Shown: positions 52,724 to 64,000 of the stretch, one piece after another
Layout: each line of letters starts with the position of its first letter
Numbering within the stretch: the first letter of the stretch is position 1
Assembly: GCF_013167455.1 (NCBI RefSeq)
Contig: NZ_CP038328.1
DNA: 64,000 nucleotides
Reading direction: 5' to 3' (one strand)
DNA from: Escherichia coli O157:H7
Lineage (GTDB): Bacteria; Pseudomonadota; Gammaproteobacteria; Enterobacterales; Enterobacteriaceae
Position numbers and translations under genes: made by a program
Notes under the pieces: generated by a model
Databases searched by the model: none
What the model was told of the DNA's origin: nothing
The model's input: the letters and a program-made list of their open reading frames with translations, nothing else

Positions 52724-55700
52724 TTACTCGTCTTCCAGTTCGATGTTGATACCCAGCGAACGAATCTCTTTCAACAATACGTTGAAGGATTCTGGCATGC
52801 CCGGCTCCATCTGATGGTTGCCGTCCACGATGTTTTTATACATCTTAGTACGACCGTTCACGTCATCAGACTTAACGGTGAGCATTTCCTGCAGGGTGTA
52901 TGCTGCGCCGTATGCTTCCAGCGCCCACACTTCCATCTCCCCGAAACGCTGACCACCGAACTGTGCCTTACCACCCAGCGGCTGCTGAGTAACCAGGCTG
53001 TAAGAACCGGTGGAACGCGCGTGCATCTTGTCGTCGACCAGGTGGTTCAGTTTCAGCATGTACATGTAACCAACGGTTACCGGACGTTCGAACTGTTCAC
53101 CAGTGCGGCCGTCGTACAGGCGGATCTGACCAGAAGTCGGCAGGTCGCCAAGTTTCAGCAGCTCTTTAATTTCTGCTTCTTTCGCACCGTCGAACACCGG
53201 CGTTGCGATTGGCATACCTTTGCGCAGGTTTTCAGCCAGACGCATAACTTCTTCATCGCTGAAGGTACTCAGGTCAACTTTCTGACGAACGTCAGCGCCC
53301 AGATCGTACGCACGCTGGATGAATTCACGCAGTTTCGCGACTTCCTGCTGCTGTTTCAGCATGGCGTTGATCTTGTCGCCGATACCTTTCGCAGCCATAC
53401 CCAAGTGGGTTTCGAGGATCTGACCGATGTTCATACGAGACGGTACGCCCAGCGGGTTCAGTACGATGTCTACCGGCGTACCGTTTTCATCGTAAGGCAT
53501 ATCTTCGATCGGGTTGATCTTAGAAATTACACCCTTGTTACCGTGACGACCTGCCATCTTGTCACCAGGCTGGATACGGCGTTTAACCGCCAGATATACC
53601 TTAACAATCTTCAGCACGCCCGGTGCCAGATCGTCGCCCTGGGTGATTTTGCGGCGTTTCGCTTCGAGTTTCTTCTCGAACTCGTGTTTCAGTTCGTCAT
53701 ACTGCTCAGCCAGCTGTTCCAGCTGATTTTGTTTCTCTTCGTCGGTCAGGCCCAGCTCCAGCCAGCGATCGCGCGGCAATTTGTCGAGCTTCTCAGCTTC
53801 AACGCCACCGGCTACCAGCACAGCACGGATACGGCTGAACAGACCCGCTTCGAGGATCTGCAGTTCTTCAGACAGGTCTTTCTTCGCCTGTTTGAGCTGC
53901 ATTTCTTCGATTTCCAGCGCACGTTTGTCTTTTTCTACGCCATCGCGAGTAAAGACCTGAACGTCGATAACCGTACCGGATACACCGTTTGGTACGCGCA
54001 GAGAAGAGTCTTTAACGTCAGACGCTTTCTCACCGAAGATCGCACGCAGCAGTTTTTCTTCTGGGGTCAGCTGAGTTTCACCTTTCGGCGTAACCTTACC
54101 AACCAGAATGTCGCCACCGGTCACTTCCGCACCAATATAAACGATACCGGATTCATCCAGTTTGGAGAGCGCAGCTTCACCCACGTTCGGGATGTCAGCG
54201 GTGATCTCTTCTGGCCCCAGCTTGGTGTCACGGGACACACACGCCAGTTCCTGAATGTGGATGGTGGTGAAACGGTCTTCCTGAACAACACGCTCGGATA
54301 CGAGGATGGAGTCTTCGAAGTTGTAACCATTCCACGGCATGAACGCTACGCGCATGTTCTGACCAAGCGCCAGTTCACCGAGGTCGGTGGACGGACCGTC
54401 TGCCAGCACGTCGCCACGTTCAACCGGTTCACCCAGAGACACACACGGCATCTGGTTAATACAGGTGTTCTGGTTAGAACGGGTGTATTTGGTCAGGTTG
54501 TAGATGTCGATACCTGCTTCACCCGGATACATCTCGTCTTCGTTAACTTTGATAACGATACGGGAAGCATCCACGTACTGAACGACACCACCACGTTTAG
54601 CAACCGCAGTTACACCGGAGTCAACGGCAACAGCACGTTCCATACCAGTACCAACCAGCGGCTTATCAGCACGCAGAGTCGGAACGGCCTGACGTTGCAT
54701 GTTCGCACCCATCAATGCACGGTTGGCGTCATCGTGTTCCAGGAACGGGATCAGGGACGCACCGACGGATACCACCTGCTGGGTGGATACGTCCATGTAG
54801 TCAACCTGGTCACGGCTGAACAAGCTGGATTCGCCTTTGCTACGGCAGGTTACCAGGTCTTCTACGAAGTGGCCTTCTTCATCCAGGTTGGAGTTCGCCT
54901 GGGCGATAACGTAGTTGCCTTCTTCGATAGCAGACAGGTAGTGAATTTCGTCAGTTACAACACCGTCAGTCACTTTACGATACGGAGTCTCAAGGAAGCC
55001 GTATTCGTTAGTCTGTGCGTACACGGACAGAGAGTTGATCAGACCGATGTTCGGACCTTCAGGGGTTTCGATTGGACATACGCGACCGTAGTGAGTCGGG
55101 TGTACGTCTCGAACTTCGAAGCCTGCACGTTCACGGGTCAGACCGCCTGGGCCGAGTGCGGAGATACGACGTTTGTGCGTAATCTCAGACAGCGGGTTGT
55201 TCTGGTCCATAAACTGAGACAGCTGGCTGGAACCGAAGAACTCTTTCACTGCTGCGGAAATCGGCTTGGCGTTGATCATATCCTGAGGCATCAGGGTATC
55301 CAGATCGCCCAGAGACAGACGCTCTTTCACCGCACGCTCTACACGTACCAGGCCAACGCGGAACTGGTTTTCCGCCATTTCGCCAACGGAACGGATACGA
55401 CGGTTGCCGAGGTGGTCGATATCATCGACTTCGCCTTTACCGTTACGGATATCGATGAGCTTTTTCATAACATCAATGATGTCGTCTTTGCTCAGGATAC
55501 CAGAACCTTCGATTTCTTCGCGCAGCAGAGAACGGTTGAACTTCATACGACCAACCGCAGACAGGTCATAACGGTCTTCGGAGAAGAACAGGTTCTCGAA
55601 CAGGCTTTCCGCTGCTTCACGAGTCGGCGGCTCGCCAGGGCGCATCATGCGGTAGATTTCTACCAGTGCGCTCAGACGGTCGTTAGTTGGGTCGACACGT

Positions 55701-56752
55701 AAGGTTTCAGAGATATACGGGCCGTGATCCAGATCATTGGTGAACAGCGTTTCGATACGCTTGTGACCAGACTGGCTCAGCTTAGCCAGCAGATCCAGGC
55801 TCAGCTCCATGTTCGCTGCGCAGATCAGCTCGCCGGTAGACTCATCAATATAGTCTTTAGCAACCACTTTACCTGCGATGTACTCAACCGGGACTTCGAT
55901 CAGTTTGACGTCGTCTTTTTCCAGCTGGCGAATGTGGCGCGCAGTGATACGGCGGCCTTTTTCTACGTACACTTTACCGTTAGCTTCGATGTCAAAGGAT
56001 GCGGTTTCACCACGCAGGCGTTCCGGCACCAGTTCCATCTGCAGCTTGTTATCACGGATTTCAAAGATAACTTTTTCAAAGAACAGGTCGAGGATCTGCT
56101 CTGTGGTGTAGTTCAGGGCACGCAGAATGATGGTCGCAGGCAGTTTACGGCGACGGTCGATACGTACGAACAGGTTGTCCTTCGGATCGAATTCGAAGTC
56201 CAGCCAGGAACCACGGTAAGGGATGATGCGCGCGTTATACAGCACTTTACCCGAAGAGTGGGTTTTACCTTTGTCGGAGTCAAAGAAGACGCCCGGACTA
56301 CGGTGCAGCTGGGAAACGATAACACGCTCAGTACCGTTGATAACAAAGGTACCGTTGTCTGTCATGAGCGGAATTTCGCCCATGTAGACTTCTTGTTCTT
56401 TAATGTCTTTTACGGTGCCTTCCGGCGCTTCGCGCTCATAGATCACCAGACGCAGTTTAACGCGCAGCGGTGCGGAATAGGTCACGCCACGGATTTGACA
56501 TTCCTGGACGTCAAACACCGGTTCGCCAAGGCGGTAGCTGACGTATTGCAGCTCGGAATTACCGCTGTAGCTCTGAATCGGGAATACGGAACGGAAAGCA
56601 GCTTCCAGACCATACTGCCCTTCAGGATCTTGCTCGATAAATTTCTGAAACGAGTCAAGCTGGATAGAAAGGAGATAAGGTACATCCAGAACTTGTGGAC
56701 GTTTACCAAAATCCTTACGAATACGTTTTTTCTCGGTATAGGAGTAAACCAT
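52724..56752 (-). CDS. rpoB: RNA polymerase beta subunit
   Basis: Start at ATG giving [20 protein letters not shown]... (1342 aa); rifampicin-resistance cluster I reads wild type. Confidence 0.98.
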
Positions 56753-56999
56753 AGGGTTCCTCAGCTCGCTGACAAGTCGACCCATCTGTCCATTGAGCGG
56801 ACAGTTTGTGCAACACTATTTTGTTGACCGGAAAATGGAACACTTTCCGCAATGCCTGTTGCTATCACGCTTAAACCATTTCATTGCGATTTACACAGAA
56901 CGGACGTCCTGTCGCAGTATATTAAGTCGTCGATAGAAACAAGCATTGAAAGGCACAGCAGTAGTCAAACAGTGTGAAACGCTACTGGTGCCTTACAGC

Positions 57000-57055
57000 G
57001 CAAAAAGGCTGGTGACTAAAAAGTCACCAGCCATCAGCCTGATTTCTCAGGCTGC
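57000..57055 (-). terminator. rplL-rpoB intercistronic attenuator hairpins
   Basis: Minus strand after rplL stop: CAGCCTGAGAAATCAGGCTG then GCTGGTGACTTTTTAGTCACCAGCC followed by TTTTTGCGC. Confidence 0.75.
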
Positions 57056-57071
57056 AACCGGAAGGGTTGGC

Positions 57072-57437
<366 letters not shown>

Positions 57438-57503
57438 TTAAATTGTTCCTGAATATCAGAATAAGTTTATACGTAAGCGAATGCGTTAAAAAGATAACTG
57501 CGA

Positions 57504-58001
57504 TTAAGCAGCTTCTTTCGCATCGCGTACAGCAGCCAGAGTACGAACCAGTTTGCCAGCCGAAGCTTCTTTCATGGTTGCCATCAGGCGTGCAATTGCT
57601 TCTTCGTAGGTCGGCAGAGTTGCCAGGCGGTCGATCTGAGACGCCGGGATCAGCTCACCTTCAAAGGCAGCGGCTTTGACCTCAAATTTTGCATTCGCTT
57701 TCGCGAACTCTTTGAACAGACGAGCAGCAGCGCCCGGGTGTTCCATAGAGTATGCAATCAGGGTCGGACCAACAAACGCGTCTTTCAGGCACTCGAACGG
57801 AGTACCTTCAACAGCACGGCGCAGCAGGGTGTTACGAACAACACGCATGTATACGCCAGCTTCGCGACCTGCTTTACGCAGTTCAGTCATTTTATCTACA
57901 GTTACGCCACGGGAATCCGCAACTACTGCAGACAGCGCGCCTTTGGCTACTTCGCTGACTTCAGCAACAATCGCTTGTTTGTCTTGAAGATTTAAAGCCA
58001 T
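57504..58001 (-). CDS. rplJ: 50S ribosomal protein L10
   Basis: 165-aa [69 protein letters not shown]... Confidence 0.98.
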
Positions 58002-58292
58002 TAGCTTTGCTCCTGGATGTTTGCCAGAGAAAATCTCTGGAACTCACTTCACTCCTCCAAACGGAGAGAGCGTCTTAATTACGGTGAGCAGAAACAAGCC
58101 AGAATATAAAAGAATAATCTTAGCGTTCTGTCACCGTCTACGCAGGGGATTAAGTTTCTTGCGAAACTCCTGCGGTCTTCGACGGAGGCCTGGATAGGCC
58201 AGGCTCCAACGAACAAATCTTTTTAGCTGCTAACTTTCGTTAGCATACGTGGGGGTAAGATTGTAGACAAAATCACCGCCCACGTAAAGGCA
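58002..58292 (-). promoter_or_regulatory. rplJ leader region (L10 promoter and L10-L12 autoregulatory RNA site expected here)
   Basis: 291-nt untranslated interval between rplA and rplJ; candidate promoter TTACGT-N16-TACAAT on minus strand near 58240-58270; functional assignment from knowledge of the operon. Confidence 0.5.
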
Positions 58293-59492
<1,200 letters not shown>

Positions 59493-59527
59493 TTACGGGC
59501 AAGACCCATAAAAACAAAAGGCGCGAA

Positions 59528-59556
59528 ATTGTATTCCAATCTCGCGCCTTGTGCAA
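59528..59556 (-). promoter_or_regulatory. rplKA promoter (L11 promoter) in nusG-rplK spacer
   Basis: Minus strand TTGCAC-N17-TACAAT; leader downstream is where the L1 translational operator is expected. Confidence 0.6.
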
Positions 59557-59587
59557 CGATTAAATCGCCGCTTTTTTGATCGCTGGG

Positions 59588-60133
59588 TTAGGCTTTTTCA
59601 ACCTGGCTGAAGTCCAGCTCTACCGGGGTCGCACGACCGAAGATAGAAACAGACACTTTCAGACGAGATTTCTCGTAATCCACTTCTTCAACAACACCGT
59701 TGAAGTCAGCGAACGGACCATCATTAACACGGACCATTTCACCCGGTTCAAACAGCGTTTTCGGACGCGGCTTATCACCAACCTGCTGCAGGCGGTTCAT
59801 AATCGCATCGACTTCTTTATCGCTGATTGGCGCAGGACGATCGGAAGTACCGCCGATGAAGCCCATCACACGCGGTACGCTGCGCACCAGGTGCCAGCTC
59901 GCGTCGTTCATCACCATCTGAACGAGGACGTAGCCAGGGAAGAATTTACGTTCGCTTTTGCGACGCTGACCGCCACGGATTTCAACCACTTCTTCGGTTG
60001 GTACCATGACTTCACCAAACAAATCTTCCATGTTGTGTAATTTGATATGCTCACGCAGCGACGTTGCTACGCGGCCTTCAAAACCGGAAAACGCCTGAAC
60101 GACGTACCAGCGCTTTTTAGGAGCTTCAGACAT
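59588..60133 (-). CDS. nusG: transcription termination/antitermination factor NusG
   Basis: 181-aa [76 protein letters not shown]... Confidence 0.98.
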
Positions 60134-60134
60134 C

Positions 60135-60518
60135 TCAGAACCTCAGGCCAGTGATAAAGGATACCAGGCGAACCAGAATACCATCCAGTCCCCACAGGAT
60201 CAGTGACATTACTGCGGTAACCGCAGCCACAATCAGCGTGGTGTGCAATGTTTCCTGGCGAGTCGGCCAAATGACCTTACGGACTTCGGTACGCGCTTCA
60301 CGGGCAAAAGCAACGGTAGCTTTACCTTTTGTCGTTAACAGCGCGACACCACCCGCTGCAGCAATCAGAATTACTACGGCCAGCGCACGCAGCGGCAGCA
60401 TAATGTCGCGATAAAGATAGTTGCCGACAATCGCCACCAAGAGCAATGCCACCACAACGACCCACTTCATCGCTTCCAGGCCGCGCCCGCTTCCTTGAGC
60501 TTCGGTATTCGCACTCAT
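60135..60518 (-). CDS. secE: preprotein translocase subunit SecE
   Basis: 127-aa [130 protein letters not shown]. Confidence 0.97.
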
Positions 60519-60689
60519 AAACCAACCTGTCAGAAGTTTTCTACAAACATTTTCACCCCGCGATCGCGAGGCAAACCAAATCGAAACGCGTATTAGCTTT
60601 TCGGATTATACGCCCTCAACAGAGCCTGTCTCAGCAATGATTATGACAAAGAAAATCACTGATGAGCCAGGTTCTGGTACGAAAGCGTG

Positions 60690-60716
60690 CAAAAAGGGCA
60701 TCAAATGATGCCCTTT
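60690..60716 (-). terminator. tufB terminator
   Basis: GGGCATCAAATGATGCCC hairpin followed on the minus strand by U-run. Confidence 0.75.
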
Positions 60717-60747
60717 TAGTGCGCATTGCGTCAAATGTTATCGGCAA

Positions 60748-61968
<1,221 letters not shown>

Positions 61969-62046
61969 TCACCACATCAACCAGGCAACATGCCCGACTT
62001 GTTGAATGCAATAAACAGAAGGAAAAAACAGGGAGGAGAAAAGAAG

Positions 62047-62122
62047 TGGTGCTGATAGGCAGATTCGAACTGCCGACCTCACCCTTACCAAGGGTGCGCT
62101 CTACCAACTGAGCTATATCAGC
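62047..62122 (-). tRNA. thrT: tRNA-Thr (GGU)
   Basis: Reverse complement GCTGATATAGCTCAGTTGGTAGAGCGCACCCTTGGTAAGGGTGAGGTCGGCAGTTCGAATCTGCCTATCAGCACCA. Confidence 0.95.
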
Positions 62123-62128
62123 ACATCT

Positions 62129-62203
<75 letters not shown>

Positions 62204-62319
62204 ATCCTGGAACTCGGCTACCTGATTTTCATTCTGCACTGAATATCGAGAGAAGCTCTCTTTATTCGAGCCGGTAAGCGAACTTATCGTCTCGGGCTAC
62301 GCCATCGCGTGGCCGAAAT

Positions 62320-62404
<85 letters not shown>

Positions 62405-62412
62405 GGACTTGA

Positions 62413-62488
<76 letters not shown>

Positions 62489-62502
62489 ATCAAGTAGCGC
62501 GC

Positions 62503-62531
62503 ATTCTATGGAGACATGCGAGTTCATGCAA
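62503..62531 (-). promoter_or_regulatory. thrU-tyrU-glyT-thrT-tufB operon promoter
   Basis: Minus strand TTGCAT-N17-TAGAAT followed by GCGCGC discriminator; AT-rich UP-like sequence upstream. Confidence 0.75.
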
Positions 62532-62849
62532 CTAAAAAATTGCATAATTTGTTTTATTGGTCACATTTTATGCGACACGATGAAGAAACAGCCGAATGGA
62601 GGGCAGATTAGCACACTTTTTCAACATCATTGTGCTCAACAATGCGCTCCTGCTAAACCATAATTCTTTTTATCAGATGGAATATCTGTCACATTGCTTT
62701 TCAACGATAGCTTCCTGGGAGAGATTTTTTCTTATTATTCCTCCCCATCTGGTGTTACCCTCCTGCCCATTAACCCATTCAACAGAACTGTGACGCGCCA
62801 TGGCAAATATCGCTTTGCCGATAGAGCTATGACCGCCAGAAACATGCTT

Positions 62850-63800
62850 ATGAGTATAAAAGAGCAAACGTTAATGACGCCTTACCTACAGTTTGACCGC
62901 AACCAGTGGGCAGCTCTGCGTGATTCCGTACCTATGACGTTATCGGAAGATGAGATCGCCCGTCTCAAAGGTATTAATGAAGATCTCTCGTTAGAAGAAG
63001 TTGCCGAGATCTATTTACCTCTGTCACGTTTGCTGAACTTCTATATAAGCTCGAATCTGCGCCGTCAGGCAGTTCTGGAACAGTTTCTTGGTACCAACGG
63101 GCAACGCATTCCTTACATTATCAGTATTGCTGGTAGTGTCGCGGTGGGGAAAAGTACAACCGCCCGTGTATTGCAGGCACTATTAAGCCGTTGGCCGGAA
63201 CATCGTCGTGTTGAACTGATCACTACAGATGGCTTCCTTCACCCTAATCAGGTTCTGAAAGAACGTGGTCTGATGAAGAAGAAAGGCTTCCCGGAATCGT
63301 ATGATATGCATCGCCTGGTGAAGTTTGTTTCCGATCTCAAGTCCGGCGTGCCAAACGTTACAGCCCCTGTTTACTCGCATCTTATTTATGATGTGATCCC
63401 GGATGGAGATAAAACTGTTGTTCAGCCTGATATTTTAATTCTTGAAGGGTTAAATGTCTTACAGAGCGGGATGGATTATCCACACGATCCACATCATGTA
63501 TTTGTTTCTGATTTTGTCGATTTTTCGATATATGTTGATGCACCGGAAGACTTACTTCAGACATGGTATATCAACCGTTTTCTGAAATTCCGCGAAGGGG
63601 CTTTTACAGACCCGGATTCCTATTTTCATAACTACGCGAAATTAACTAAAGAAGAAGCTATTAAGACTGCCATGACGTTGTGGAAAGAGATCAACTGGCT
63701 GAACTTAAAGCAAAATATTCTACCTACTCGCGAGCGCGCCAGTTTAATCCTGACGAAAAGTGCTAATCATGCGGTAGAAGAGGTCAGACTACGCAAATAA
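62850..63800 (+). CDS. coaA: pantothenate kinase
   Basis: Start at ATG 62850 giving [27 protein letters not shown]... (316 aa) with Walker [13 protein letters not shown]. Confidence 0.95.
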
Positions 63801-63804
63801 TTTG

Positions 63805-63838
63805 CAGGGGAGCTAATGCTCCCCTTTCTTATTTTTCT
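63805..63838. terminator. bidirectional terminator between convergent coaA and birA
   Basis: AGGGGAGCTAATGCTCCCCT hairpin followed by TTTCTTATTTTT. Confidence 0.7.
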
Positions 63839-64000
63839 GCACTACGCAGGGATATTTCACCGCCCATCCAGGGTTTTATTATTCCATCCTGCTCAAGCAA
63901 TAAAGCGCCTTGTTTGTCTATTCCGCGTGAAATGCCAAATATTTCTTTATCACCAATGATAAGTTTCACTGGGCGATTAATAAAATTATCCAGCTTTTCC
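63829..64000 (-). CDS. birA: biotin-protein ligase / bio repressor BirA, C-terminal part; 5' end outside window
   Basis: Minus-strand frame translates to ...GALLLEQDGIIKPWMGGEISLRSAEK stop, the BirA C-terminus. Confidence 0.85.
   Translation of the reverse strand, partial: EKLDNFINRPVKLIIGDKEIFGISRGIDKQGALLLEQDGIIKPWMGGEISLRSAEK

Noticed and set aside
48550-56827. Very long plus-strand ORFs (803, 513, 1062 and 367 aa) antisense to rpoC and rpoB
   Set aside because: They lie entirely within and opposite to the unambiguous rpoB/rpoC reading frames, have no RBS context and have low-complexity, Arg/Thr/Val-rich translations typical of antisense frames of highly expressed genes

Overview
This window is a contiguous stretch of Escherichia coli chromosome, the lysC to birA segment of the roughly 90-minute region, read in the opposite orientation to the usual K-12 map. 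Almost everything in it is conserved, well-characterised core genome. I do not see a CRISPR array, an IS element, an integrase, prophage remnants or a defence-system-like operon, and I cannot support a claim of a previously undescribed system here. Gene order left to right: lysC (3' part), yjbD, rluF, a seven-gene L-sorbose PTS operon (sorCDFBAME), pepE, yjbB, metH, iclR, arpA, aceK-aceA-aceB, metA, yjaB, the rrnE ribosomal operon (5S, 23S, tRNA-Glu, 16S, minus strand), purHD, zraR-zraS and divergent zraP, yjaH, hupA, yjaG, nfi, hemE, nudC, rsd, thiCEFSGH behind a TPP riboswitch, a 147-aa ORF at the yjaZ position, rpoC, rpoB, rplL, rplJ, rplA, rplK, nusG, secE, tufB, the thrU-tyrU-glyT-thrT tRNA cluster, coaA and the 3' end of birA. 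The only clearly accessory material is the sor operon, which sits in the divergent rluF/pepE promoter region where K-12 has only a short intergenic spacer. The features most worth a second look are (1) the low-GC ankyrin-repeat gene arpA, whose N-terminal domain is functionally unassigned and may be a ShET2/EspL-like protease domain, (2) the AT-rich thiH-rpoC interval with an ORF of uncertain identity and a possible small RNA, (3) the sor islet boundaries and putative SorC operators, and (4) a near-perfect 38-bp palindrome in the purH leader. All calls come from reading the sequence and the ORF translations against remembered E. coli proteins and motifs; no database search or computation was run, and RNA ends and regulatory-site coordinates are approximate.
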